The notes: generated by a model from the letters alone, not told the origin. 64,000 nucleotides of DNA from Octopus sinensis (GCF_006345805.1 NC_043020.1:18724001-18788000), one strand, 5' to 3'; numbered from the stretch's first letter, positions 16,715 through 29,563 are shown. Made by a program: numbers and translations.

Positions 16715-17410
16715 ACTGAAATTTTAGGGGAAGGGGAAAGTCGATTAGATCGACCCCAGTTCTTGACTGGTATTTATTTTATCGACTCCGAAAGGATGAA
16801 AGGTAAAGGCGACTCCAACGGCATTTGAACTCAGAACATCAAGTCGGGAGAAATGCCGCTAAGAAATTTTTTCCGGCGCGGTAACGACTCTGCCATATTT
16901 CCGCCTTTAGCACGATAAATAATAATTTCAAATTTTGGCACAAAGCCAGCAAGTTCGGGGAAAGAAGACATGTCGATTACATCGAACCCAGTGTTCAACT
17001 GGTAGTTATTTTATCGATCCCAAACGGATGAAAGGCAAAATCAACCTCGGCAGAATTTGAACTCAGAACGTTAAGGCAAGCGTAATGCCGCGAAAGCTTT
17101 TTTCCCTGCGTGATAACGATTTTGTCAGCTCACCGCCTTCAGCATGTTAAATAATAAAAGAAAGAACACTCTGATAGCAACATCAGGAGCGACGACAACA
17201 ACGACCACAACAGCAACAACGATATTTCTGATTCAGGTTCAAGGACAAGAATTTTCAGGGGAGAGGATTAATGAATACCATTAATCCCAGTACTTGATTC
17301 GTACTTTATTTTGTTGAATGACTGACAAACAAAGTTGACCTTAGAGGATTTTATTTCAGAACGTAAAGGAGCCGAAACAATTACGGTAGAACATTTTTAT
17401 CGACGCTAAA
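16715..17410 (-). mobile_element. Three head-to-tail family B SINEs (tail type B2)
   Basis: Units at about 16715-16908, 16928-17140 and 17222-17410, each with GTCGATTACATCGA..CCCAGT..GGATGAAAGGCAAAG-like cores; the third is most decayed. Confidence 0.75.
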
Positions 17411-17465
17411 CTACAAATTCTGCTCATCAACTGTCCAATACTGATGAGTCGGACATTTTACGCCA

Positions 17466-17612
17466 TACGATTTGACTTTGCCTTTCATCCTTTCGGGGTC
17501 GATAAATTAAGTACCAGTTATGCATTGGGATCGATGTAATCGACTTAATCTCTTTGTCTGACCATGTTTGTCCCCTCTACGTTTAGCCCCTTGTGGGCAA
17601 TAAAGAAATAAG
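17466..17612 (+). mobile_element. SINE family B (B1 tail), 5'-truncated
   Basis: GACTTTGCCTTTCATCCTTTCGGGGTCGATAAATTAAGTACC...GCCCCTTGTGGGCAATAAAGAAATAAG. Confidence 0.88.
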
Positions 17613-17984
17613 ATTTGACATTCTAGTACCACTGATTAATTCTAGACTCAGCGCGGGTACTTAGCGAAGTCAGGAGGATGGTAAGCAGCATCTGTCCTGT
17701 CATCATTCAGCTCTGATTGCATACAGAGACTTACCTACCAAATCGCTCAAATGCGCACACAGCCACAAATATGAACTCATACGTAGAACACATACATTCG
17801 CAAAATAGACGTAACAAATGGAAAACCTCTTTTCAAGCTGAATGCGGTCAAACCACACTGCTGTTCAATGAGAAATGTCGTCATTTTGATCACTTATACG
17901 CCATTGAAACCGGGGTAGCTGTTCGTATGTGCTCTGGGATTCGAGACAGTAACAGCCAGAGGTTGAGGATGAGACGACGATGAG

Positions 17985-17988
17985 GAGA

Positions 17989-18062
<74 letters not shown>

Positions 18063-18215
18063 GGTGCTGGTGGTGGTTGTAGTGGTGACGGTGGTGGTGG
18101 TGGTGGCGGTGGTGATGGTGGTTGTTGTGGTGGTAGTTGTGGTAGTGGTGGTGGTAGTTGTGGTAGAGGTGGTGGTAGTAGTGGTAGTGGTGGCGGTGGT
18201 GATGATGATGACGAT
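17985..18215. repeat. Compound trinucleotide tract (GAT)n-(GGT)n-(GTA)
   Basis: Direct reading; source of the poly-M/V/H/T ORFs. Confidence 0.95.
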
Positions 18216-18571
18216 ATTGATTATTTCCAAGCCCTCCAATAACAATACAAACAACTTCCACCTCATCAATAGCAGTAATCGATGGGTGTAGTAAGTTTAC
18301 AGTTTGCTCTTTAAATTCAATCGCCGGGATTTTTTTCAAAATATTTACTTTTGCTTCGTGTTTTAAACCCTCACAACAACATGCCAAAACTCTTACTGCC
18401 TTCCATACTTCACTTACTTGCCATGCCTCAATTACTTTTCTACAATAAAATTCTAGTCTTCTTAGATTTCCAAAAACAGCCTCGTTCCAAACGTTAACAC
18501 CTTGCAGTGAATGTATTCACCATCCAGAACCATCCAGAAATCACTTCATGTTGTACGTATTTTCCTTTTAT

Positions 18572-18743
18572 AGACGCAAGAGTGGCTGTGTGGTAAGTAG
18601 CTTGCTTACGAACCACATGGTTCCGGGTTCAGTCCCACTGCGTGGCACCTTGGGCAAGTGTCTTCTACTGTAGCCTCGGGCCGACCAAAGCTTTGTGAGT
18701 GGATTTGGTAGACGGAAACTGAAAGAAGCCCGTCGTATATATG

Positions 18744-18788
<45 letters not shown>

Positions 18789-19010
18789 CATTTGTTTGTG
18801 TGTCTGTGTTTGTCCCCCAACATCGCTTGACAACCGATGTTAGTGTGTTTACGTCCCCGTAACTTAGCGATTCGGCAAAAGAAACCGATAGAATAAGTAC
18901 TAGGCTTACAAAGAATAAGTCCTGTTGTCGATTTGCTCGACTAAAGGCGGTGCTCCAGCATGGCCACAGTCAAATGACTGAAACAAGTAAAAGAGTAAAA
19001 GAGTAAAGAG
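18572..19010 (+). mobile_element. SINE family A, full length, well preserved
   Basis: All modules intact, ending AAGTAAAAGAGTAAAAGAGTAAAGAG. Confidence 0.93.
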
Positions 19011-19382
19011 TATATGCGTATGTGTGTGTGCGTGTGTGTGTGTGTGTGCGTATGTATGCATGCAAGTATGTTTGTATGCATATATGTATGCATGTATGTA
19101 CGTATTCGTGTATATGCATATAGAGTGATGGGAGTACCCATATACGACCGGTTTGTTAGAAGAAAAACGAAACGCGCATAATAAGCTGCTGTTTTTTGGG
19201 GGTTTTTTCATCCCTACAAGCAGACTAGGTACGCATATGAGTAACTGGGAGGCTATCAACTTGACGTACTGGAATTTGAGCAATAAAACACAAGCAGACA
19301 AGACACGCATTCAACTGCTGGAAGGGCAAACGCGAACGGCACGCAAAATGGACAAATTGTATAACGAATAATTTTTCTGCAG

Positions 19383-19428
19383 CGAACTGAAGTTTGAACG
19401 ACAAGCCACGAGTAGAAGACGCACGCAC
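19383..19428 (+). other. Candidate 46-nt internal exon
   Basis: Acceptor ATAATTTTTCTGCAG| and donor CAC|GTAAGT; one open frame ELKFERQATSRRRTH; lies in non-repetitive sequence. No homolog recognised. Confidence 0.25.
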
Positions 19429-19508
19429 GTAAGTGTCTGGGACAGCATATGCAAACGAGGTTCGTTGACGTTCATGCACGCATTTCATGTAGCTTCCAAA
19501 TCTTCATA

Positions 19509-19923
19509 TTTTACTCTCTTTTACTCTCTTTTACTTGTTTCAGTTATTTGACTGCGGCCATGCTGGAGCACCGTCTTTAGTCGAGCAAATCGACCCCGGG
19601 ACTTATTCTTTGTAAGCCCAGTACTTATTCTATCGGTCTCTTTTGCCGAACCGCTAAGTGACGGGGACGTAAACACACCAGCATCGGTTGTCAAGCAATG
19701 CTAGGGGAACAAACACAGACACACACACACACACACATACATATATACATACATATATACGACAGGCTTGTTTCAGTTTCCGTCTACCAAATCCACTCAC
19801 AAGGCATTGGTCGGCCCAGGGCTATAGCAGAAGACACTTGCCCAAGATGCCACGCAGTGGGACTGAACCCGGAACCATGTGGTTGGTTAGCAAGCTACTT
19901 ACCACACAGCCACTCCTGCGCCT
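19509..19923 (-). mobile_element. SINE family A, full length, well preserved
   Basis: Reverse complement of the full consensus; inverted relative to 18572-19010. Confidence 0.93.
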
Positions 19924-22175
19924 ATTTTATATAGGAAATAATAACGTCTCACATATTTTTAGCTCAAAAATTAACCATGGACCGACAGAAGCAAAACAAA
20001 GGAAAACGCGCTCACACAAACACACACACACATATATATTTAAGAATTTAATATTCATAGGTGGGTAGATGAGACATCATTTAATGCCTTGATGGGGAAT
20101 TGGATGTGATCGGGAATAGATTATCCCTATTATGTAATTTAATTACTCATGTAACAAACAAACAGGACCCTCTAGAATGGACTACATTCGTATACATGGA
20201 CTTCCACTGTATATATGCGTATATCTTAATATATGAAATACCCTGTCTGCGTGTGTGTCCTCAATGCACGCTCAAACTCCTGGATCAATGTGTACCATAC
20301 TTGGGGTACATGAATAATGTACGGTCTTGAGTGTTTGAACTTCCTGTCTTTGGCGTCCTAACCAGCTATTTACACACACACGTATGTTGTGAGGATTTCT
20401 GATTAAAAAAAGAATTTCGAAAGGTACTTTCATGTCAGAAAAAAAAATTCATACAGAGATAGACGCCTTTTTCTCAATTAATTAAAGAGGCACTGTGTAT
20501 TGTGCATTGATTTTCCAATACATATTTCGGACATTTTTGGAACAAGTCGCCTTATTAAGACTTCATATTTCACATTTAAATGCCATGTGATTATTCTTGG
20601 TGTAAATTGACTTATTAACACTTTCCCTTAACTGTTTTGTCAAAGGTCGTAACTTTACACACACACACACACACACACACACGTCTGTGTACATCATTAC
20701 AGTTGTGACGATTTCAGATAAAAAAAGAATTTCTAATGTTACTTTCATTTTTCATATTCTTCTCCGACTTTCTACTTGTGTAAGATATTTACCTCTGTGA
20801 GTCCGTGTGTGTTTGTGAGAAAAAAATTTTCATACGGAGATTTCATTTAATTGATCAATTTTCAACAGGGCATAACAACAGACTTTGGATGATCATAACT
20901 TTCCGAAAAATGGATATTATTTTATGAAATTGAATAAAAATTTACCTCGCACTATGTAGATTTCGAGCATATAGGAATTTGGGAAAAACAATTGGGGTAT
21001 ATTTTTGAGAACTATTCCCCACTCGGGTGTGTTTCGGAACAAGTCACCCATATTTATTATATTTTCTCTGATTTGTGCGTTTGTGCATCCGTAGATTTCT
21101 ACTGGAGTAACAGGCAATGAAGGCAAATGAAGCCCTCACCAGAAAATTCATATTAAAAATAACAGCTAAATGTCTGGTACACAAATATATGTTATTAACA
21201 CGACTTATCTGTTGCATACGATGTTTTTCACTTTAAGTAAATTCTCAGGTAAACGTTTCTAACAGGAAGGCACCAGAAGCAAAAATAAGGAATATATACG
21301 CACAGCTGAATATAGAAGTGTAAAGCATAATTTGTAACATAATCTCTATAATAAACATGACATTGAATGGAATAATTCCCCGTTTGAACTTTTTTTCATT
21401 ATATGTGTGTATGAGGACAGTGGGAACAAGCATGCCACCCCTTTGTGCTTTTTTTCTACAGATTCCGACCGTGTCTCCAACGAAGATTCTGAATATGCAA
21501 AAAAAAATATATATATATACTTTTAGACTTTTAATACACCCTCTCCTTAACTTTTCAATTTTTTTTCTCCGACTTTTTATGACTAGGGTTAAGGCTTATA
21601 TACGGATGCACAAACGCACAAAACATAGAAACTGAAACAAGTATGGACGACTTCTTCCGAAACGCCCACCAGTTCCCAGGGAAACTGAATTTCTCTATGT
21701 CAATAAACAAGTCTCAAGGACAGTCTCTCAAGGACTTCACTTTCTTTCTCTCATGGGCATTTACATGTTTGGTGCTTGCGAATTAGAAGTCTCCAAAATC
21801 TTTTCATTTATACACCAATTAAAGGACACACTCAAAACATCAGATATGTTAATATGAGTAAGGCCGGTTCCTCTCAAATTTATGCATTTTCAGGTTCAAC
21901 ATGTTTCAAATAAGTACTGACAATTGAAGGTGATTACAAGACTACCTGGTTTTTAACAATTTTAATAGTGGGAACATCGGATAAAACATATTATTGATAA
22001 TAATAGTTTGTACCTGAGCTAATTACTATTGAGAACTGCATAAACCATGTTTCATTTTACTTATAGATTTAAAAGGCATACTTAAATTTTATTTTTTTCA
22101 ATACCTTAGGAAACGCCGGGTTATTAACGTATAAAGTTGGTATCTCAGCTACCAGGAGGTAAGACCTGCATAGTC

Positions 22176-23018
22176 TATACTCTTTTACCCTTTTACTTGT
22201 TTCAGTCATTTGACTGTCACCATGCTGGAGCACCGCCTTTAGTCGAGCAAATCGACCCCAGGACTTATTCTTTGTAAGCCTAGTACTTATTCTATCGGTC
22301 TGTTTTGCCTAACCGCTAATTTACAGAGAACTTAAACACACCAGCATCGGTTGTCAAGCGATGTTGGTGGGAGGGGGACAAACACAGACACAGAAACATA
22401 TACATATATAACCATTATAATTTATGCGTCTCGAAACAAACCGATAGAAATTTCTTAGTGCTTGCGTTTTCCATGGGTATGAGTAAGTATTTCATTTATA
22501 TCTCACGTATTTATCGCTGAAGAGGGGAAAATTCTTATGAATTAACCCCGAAATTGGGACCATAATACGTATAACGGATATTTTAGAAATTTCTATCGTC
22601 TGGTTTGTTTCGAGACGCTAAATTAATTAATGGTTATTGACAATTTTGTCTTTTTTTTTTCGGCATATTTGGCATTAGAATTTTTCTTTTGCCCTTATTT
22701 TGTAAATTATTTATAAATTTAACCTTTAAAGGTATTTTTTGATATGCTGGCCATTGATAAAATTATTTTCTCGAAAAAGATTTTATCCTACATTAGTTAT
22801 ATATATATATTATATATATATATTATAATATATATATATATATATACATATATACGACGGGATTCTTTCAGTTTCCGTTTACCAAATCCACTCACAAGCC
22901 TTTGGTCGGCCCGAGGCTACAGTAGAAACATTTGCACAAGGTGACACGCAGTGGGACTGAACCCGGAACCATGAGGTTGGTAAGCAAGCTACTTACCACA
23001 CAGCCACTCCTACGCCTA
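22176..23018 (-). mobile_element. SINE family A split by an insertion in its internal microsatellite
   Basis: Tail half 22176-22410 and head half 22853-23018, same orientation, separated by a foldback element. Confidence 0.88.
22411..22797. mobile_element. Asymmetric foldback element in (TA)n
   Basis: Inverted repeat ACCATTATAATTTATGCGTCTCGAAACAAACC.. (22411-22455) vs 22586-22636; homologous to 51600-52340. Confidence 0.7.
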
Positions 23019-23169
23019 TGTGTTCATGTTAGAGATCTAAGAAGCATTTTAAAATTTCATTATTTTCTTTAACCCGGGCAACGCCGGGTATTTTGCTAGT
23101 GTATTATATATATAAGAGCAAAGTAGCTAGTTAGGAAATTACTATAAGAGATGAAAGTAGTAACTATAC

Positions 23170-24134
23170 CGAGAAGTAAAGTTTATCGCTACATTGATAT
23201 GGCAGTTCGACCTTAATGCCGTTTTTAACCCCAGGAAGAGCCTCCTCTAGCTTGTTATCGATGCAGTCTAACCAAGTATATATTGAAACCAGGGCAGCGA
23301 ATTCCTACCAACTTCTAGCAGGCGACAGGATCACCAGAGCCAACGGTTTCGGGCTATTTGTGTTCATTGTCAGTGGTGGGCCGCTAGAGATAGCAGGAAT
23401 GAACTCCAGCTCGCAATATAAGTTAAGTTAAGTTAATTTTTTGGATCAAAAAGCAAAAAGCAAGGCCATGTAGGGGGACATGGAGTTATGTACAGGGGTG
23501 TTCATGCAAAGAGTTCAGGCCATTTCTGGTCAAGAGAGACTTTGAACCGAGCGGCCGTCGGCATCTTCACTATCTCCCCCGGCAGTTTATTCCACGGATC
23601 TGCAATCCGGACGGAGAAAGCCCCTCTCTTTCGATTGAGATGAAATCGTCGCAGATAGAGCTTTTCGGAGTGACCCCGCAGCCTACGCTCTGGAGCAGGA
23701 GTGAAGAACAGCTCTTTCGAGAGGTTACACTTTCCGCTTATGATGTTGTGAGCAAGAATGAGATCACCACGGCTTCGTCGTTTTTCTAGAGAATAAAGGT
23801 CGAGCGTCTTCAGCCTTTATCATAAGACAAATTCTTGAGACCAAGAACCATCCCAATATATAGAACACCAAACGACAATCAGTCACGGATCTTGGTTTTC
23901 TAAAAACTGCGAGCTGGAATGAATTCCTGCTATTTCTAGCTCACCACTGCCAATGAACACAAATAGCCCGAAACAGTTTGGTCTAGTGATCCCGTCGTCC
24001 ACTAGAAGATGGTGGGGTTTTGCTACCCTACTCGCAATATATACCAGGTGCAGATTGCATCGTTAACCAACTGGAGGAGGTTCTTCCTGGGGTTAAAAAC
24101 AGCAGCAATGTTGTGGCGATAAACATTACTTCTA
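23170..24134. mobile_element. Palindromic MITE-like element (long inverted arms) interrupted by CR1
   Basis: About 23170-23414 is the reverse complement of about 23908-24134 (e.g. TTTAACCCCAGGAAGA / TCTTCCTGGGGTTAAA; GGGCTATTTGTGTTCATTG / CAATGAACACAAATAGCCC). Confidence 0.75.
23421..23853 (-). pseudogene. CR1-clade LINE 3' fragment with (TAACT)n tail and 7-bp TSD
   Basis: Minus translation MVLGLKNLSY..LKTLDLYSLEKRRSRGDLI...RLRGHSEKL...FSVRIADPWNKLP...FKVSLD is the typical CR1 ORF2 C-terminus. CAATATA is duplicated at 23414-23420 and 23854-23860. Confidence 0.9.
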
Positions 24135-24343
24135 TACACACACTATATATTAATGCTTATTTTTATGGTCAGTTATAATCAAAATAATTTTACATTAATC
24201 TGATGAGTTACTTTATATTCTTGTAAAGTATAAATTTATTATTCTTATACAGGAATGTTGTTAACACTGACTTCGAAGTTTCGGCCAGCCAAGCCATTCT
24301 CGGATTGCGGTCCAACAGGTCCAATCATAACTTTAACTCAACT

Positions 24344-24570
24344 GAGGTGGCAGAAACGTTAACACGCCAGGCGAAATGCTTAGCGGTATTTCGTCTGCCG
24401 CTACGTTCTGAGTTCAAATTCTGTCGAGGTTGACTTTGCCTTTCATCCTTTCGGGGTCGATAAATTAAGTACCAGTTACACACTGGGGTCGATATAATCG
24501 ACTTAATGCCTTTGTCTGTCCTTGTTTGTCCCCTCTATGTTTAGCCCCTTGTGGGCAATAAAGAAATAAG
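24344..24570 (+). mobile_element. SINE family B (B1 tail), near full length
   Basis: GGCAGAAACGTT..GAGTTCAAATTC head, Nin-like core, B1 tail. Confidence 0.9.
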
Positions 24571-24922
24571 AAACTATATAAAAACAAGACTAACGATGGC
24601 TTACAACTTTGATGTCACTGTCAAGAACATTCTTCTATAAGTATGTGTGTGTGTGTGTATTTTATTTAGGTTCTTGAAAGAGTTCAGGCCGGTCGCTCAC
24701 AAAGCGGTTAGACTTTTTGAGTGACGATAATTCCCCGGTTTTTGTAAATATGTGGTTGAGTGGGTGTGTTGGCTGAACTATCGATGCATACACCCAAATG
24801 TGTGCATCCATTCATATTAAAATCTTTGGAATGTCTTTCAAATATACACAGTGCCACTAATAGAATCGATTTGCTGAACCTGCGTCAGTTTCAACATCAA
24901 CAGTGTATTATGTATGCATGTT

Positions 24923-24954
<32 letters not shown>

Positions 24955-24978
24955 TGTATGTATGTATGTATGTATGTT

Positions 24979-25010
<32 letters not shown>

Positions 25011-25574
25011 TGTATGTATGTAGGTACGCATACATTTATGTATGTATGTATGTATGTATGTATGTATATATGTATGTATGTATGTGTGTGTGCATGTATG
25101 TATGTTTTGTTTTATGTATGTATTTTCAATGCATGCAATTGTATATCTAGACCTGTTCATATATAGTTAGATGATAAACTTCTAGAAAGTTTTTCAGATT
25201 TTTACAGTTCCAGTGATGGTTTTGATCTGTAGTCTTCGAATTAGCTTTCTCCTTTCTGATTTTGAGGAGCCTGATTTCTCAAGATTGGTGTCGAGGCAGT
25301 GTGATAATACCCCAGTGCCCCAATAATCACAAGTATAAACCAGAGCTTGTAATCTGTGTATGTATGAATGCATGTTTATTTGCAATTATTTGTATGTATA
25401 TACCAAGGATGATGAACATGGGACGTGAGCTAGTGAAACTTCAGAAAAAGCTCACCTGTAACCATTTAGCTGAGAATACATGTAAGTGACACTTCAATGA
25501 CAGGAGTACTACGGACATTTCGACACACCACACTAAAATGATTCACCTTGTATATATCTTTATTAGATTTCTGG

Positions 25575-25980
25575 TACCTTGTTTCAATCATTGGAGGCTT
25601 TTAGTCAAACGATTTGATCCCAGTACTTATTCTTTTTAAGCCTCGTCTTATTCTGTCGGTGTCTTTTGCCAAACCGCTGACGTTACAGGGATGTAAACAA
25701 ACCAACACTGGTAGTCACATGAGGAATAAACACAAGCACACAGACACACACACACACACATCTGTGCGCGCACAGGCTGAAAGAAGCGGGTCGTACAGAT
25801 GTTGTACGACAGGTTTCTTTCAATTTCCGTTTACCAAATAGAACTCACAAGGCTTTGGGTGACCTGAGGCTACAGTAGAAGTCACTTGTCAAATTTGCCA
25901 CACAGTGGAACTGAACCCGGAACCATATGCTTGGGAAGTAAGCTACTTACATCACAGCCATGCATGCGCCTGCTCTTGCG
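25575..25980 (-). mobile_element. SINE family A (diverged)
   Basis: Tail, internal CA tract and head recognisable. Confidence 0.8.
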
Positions 25981-26424
25981 CTTGCCGCCTCTAGACGCAT
26001 TTCAGTGCTTATATCACCATTTTATCTTCTTAATTTATATCTTCCACCACAAGAAAATTCCCCAAGTGTTGCAACCCATTTCTTAAGCGATCCCCCTCCT
26101 CTCCATTTCGTTCAATTCCTAATAATTACCTGACCCGCCTTCTTTCTTACATGCTTCAAGAGGAACTTTACCTTTCAATTTCCCTCTACATCTCCTCACT
26201 TCATAAGGTATTTCCACTCCTTACACTTAATCAGTGATCTTACACAAACGCAGACACGCACCCACTAACTCATACATTATGTATGTATGTATGTATGTAT
26301 GTATGTATGTATGTATGTATGTATGTATGTATATATTCGTATCTCTCTCTATGCATATATATATAGTAAGCTATCTACCTATCTATCTATCTATATCTAT
26401 CTATCTATATAAATATATATATAG

Positions 26425-26474
<50 letters not shown>

Positions 26475-26759
26475 TACCAAAATATAAGTGTATATTTTCA
26501 TAAATATTTAGCGCAGAAGCAACAGAGTAACTCAAGGCCCGAGAGTTTCGTGTGTTGGCATTTATATATATATATATATATACATATATACACACACATA
26601 CACATACACTTACACACATACAAACATATATATATATGTATATACGTGTGTATGTATGCAGGCATGTATATATATATAAATTTTACATATATATTTATAT
26701 ATATACAAATATTTACATAAATATATACACAATATATATTATATTATACGTCTGTATAT

Positions 26760-26820
<61 letters not shown>

Positions 26821-27349
26821 ATTATATACATGTATATATGTATATAATATGATATATATAATGTGTGTGTGTGTGTGTGTGTGTGAAATGTATAGATCTA
26901 ATTACCAGCACAATCTGCATACTGGCGTCAGCCATCACAGACAAACAGCAGTCACCATGAGCTTTTTTCACGACAGTCAACAGCTTACACCATGTTTGAA
27001 GAAAGGGATTACCTAAAGGTGCGCCATGGCCCACCGGCGTGCCGCTAATTCTAGCTTGATTCTAGCTTGGCGCACCGCAAAAATAATAAAAATTTCATGT
27101 AATAAAAATTCTACATTGAAACTAAAATTCTAAATATAAGCACTTCATAATTATATTTCATTTATTGATGAAAGACGTAATTACAAAAGTATTTTGCGTT
27201 TACTTGAAATTATTTATATTTATAAGCTAAAATATAGAAATATCTAAAAAAATTCTTTGGAGTTTCGTTTTTATTTTAGGCGCAAAACGCGTCAAAATAT
27301 TTTTATTTACTCCAAAATCCGTCGCGAGTAAAAGAAAAAAGAGGTTCGA

Positions 27350-27506
27350 ACGTAGCTGCCTGATTGAGAAGCTTGTCTTTCAATCATGCGGCCTTGGGTT
27401 CAGCCCCGTTGGGTGACACCTAAGCCCAGTGACTTCCACTATAGTTCCAGGCCGACCAAAGACTTTAAGTGGATTTGCTACACGGAAACTGAATATAGCC
27501 TGTCGT

Positions 27507-27554
<48 letters not shown>

Positions 27555-27572
27555 TCCCCTATATATTCATCA

Positions 27573-27662
<90 letters not shown>

Positions 27663-27713
27663 TTATTCCCCTATATATTTATCAATCTATCTAGCTAGCT
27701 TTCAATCTGTCTG

Positions 27714-27779
<66 letters not shown>

Positions 27780-28146
27780 CGTCAATGAATCTATTTATGT
27801 GTGTGTTTCTGTGTTTGTAGTGGTGTCCCCGTAACTTGGCGGTTCTACAAAAGACCAATAAAATATGAATCGGACTTAAAAGTAAGTACTCGAGTTAATT
27901 TGTTCGTCTAAACCAGTGGTTCTCCACTGGAATCTATTTGATTTCGGTGGGGTGCATATAAGAGGTTTTGAGGTCCATTCAACCAAAACAATTAATTGGA
28001 GATTCAGAGTTCTTTGAAAACAGTTTCAATAAAACTAGTTTTTAAACATCAAATGGCCATTGAGGTCCACTGATATAAACGCTTTAAGTCAGTGCTCCAA
28101 CATGGCCGCAGTCCAATGACTGACACAAAATATACAGTAAAAGAGG
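27350..28146 (+). mobile_element. SINE family A, old copy with (TCTA)n internal tract and nested MITE
   Basis: Head 27350-27505, about 275 bp (TCTA)n, tail 27800-28146 interrupted at 27914-28072. Confidence 0.72.
27914..28072. mobile_element. hAT-type MITE inserted in a SINE tail
   Basis: Ends CAGTGGTTCTC / GAGGTCCACTG; 8-bp TSD GTCTAAAC / ATATAAAC (6/8 match); the SINE tail resumes after it. Confidence 0.7.
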
Positions 28147-28507
28147 ATATAACTGTTTTCACCCGTCCTAGGAGGACTGTCCAGTCGTTATGTTTGTCAC
28201 AACAGCTTAGCGGAAATTTATAGGTGATGTTTCCCTATTAGTTAGGCGTGATGAACTAATCAGTACTCAAGGGCCTTTCGAAGGACCTCCGATAGCTTCA
28301 ATTTCTGTCGGAGAGCTAACATGACGTTAACGTCTATTTTGTATCCGTTGCATTTCGACGGTTGCAGAAAAGCTACGGCAAGTGGGGAAGAGGATTACAG
28401 AATTTCGACCCTCTAAGAAAGACAAAAATGGAGGAGTGTTTAGTGAGTGTTGACCTGGAGAGGACACTATATGGAGAGAGGAACAGAGACCTGTGAATAG
28501 ACAATGC

Positions 28508-28561
<54 letters not shown>

Positions 28562-29156
28562 TAAAGCCGAGAGAAGTGATAATACCAGAAGTTAGAGTGT
28601 GTTGGCGAGTGATATCTCAGTTCACAGTTTTCGGTTCGAGTTAAAGTTTTTAAAAACGTTAAAATTGGTTTTAAAATACGTTCGGTAATTATATATTATA
28701 GCAGCAGCAGAAACAACAGCAGCAGCAGTAGCAACAACACCGGCATCAATGACAGCAGCAACGAAAACAACAACAGTGACAGAGCAAAATCTTCTAACAC
28801 CATTTCAAGCAACAACAGCAACAGTGGCAGCAATCGTGACAATGTCTCCTTCGCGGGAGCGACTTCCACAAGGGAATCATACTGCCTCTGTTTTTTTGTT
28901 TTTGTTTTTTTGTACATCTGAATCACATATATACATATAGGTATACATGCATACATGTATACATACATGCACGTGTCTAGAATAATAAAAGAAAATCATT
29001 TTACTGAACACCGCCTTTAGTCGAGCAAGTTGACCCCAGGACTTATTAAAAGATTCTACCCGTTATAAGAAAACTGAGAAAAGAGCAGTCCCCGTGCTCC
29101 GGCCTGAAACATAGCTGCGACTGTGAGATCAATACTTCATCCCTGCATGTCTTTAA

Positions 29157-29357
29157 CCCTTTAGCATTTAAAGTCACCAAATCAAGTTTTATGTTCAAAG
29201 CAACCTGATCAGGCCTCTTACAACTACCCTACAATGTCGATCTAAAAATAAACAATCGCATCATATTAATCTTGAAGATATTAGATAATGCTTGATTAAT
29301 TCAAAACTGTGAATAAATATGCTTCACGTTTGACCGAGAAGTCTGAATACTAAAGGG
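29157..29357. mobile_element. piggyBac-type MITE (201 bp)
   Basis: TTAA|CCCTTTAGCATT ... AATACTAAAGGG|TTAA: CCC-start TIRs and TTAA TSD. Confidence 0.85.
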
Positions 29358-29563
29358 TTAAAACGTTGTCGTCGTCTGGAGACAGCCACGAACGCACAAG
29401 TAGAGAGAGCCCCTCGGGATATATGAGAGGACATCCAGCAGCATGTCGATAGGAAAAGGGGGGCGGTTGAAGAAACAACCATGTGACAGCCTTCTGTCCT
29501 GCTGCTACTGAAACAATTATTGCAACAACAACGTGCAACAACAGAAGCAATAGTAACGGTAAC

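Larger units (their letters stand above)
20224..23099 (+). mobile_element. Non-autonomous Helitron-like element, possibly composite
   Basis: 5' A|TCTTAATATATGAAA...GTGTGTGTCC start. 3' GC hairpin CCCGGGCAACGCCGGG then CTAG|T (23096-23099). A decayed earlier 3' end at about 22103-22130. Confidence 0.55.

Noticed and set aside
17445-17465. CTGATGAGTC hammerhead-like 5' core
   Set aside because: No downstream GAAA or stem III; interrupted by a SINE.
25408-25481. Possible 74-nt exon ending in GTAAGT
   Set aside because: No polypyrimidine tract at the acceptor and no recognisable peptide.
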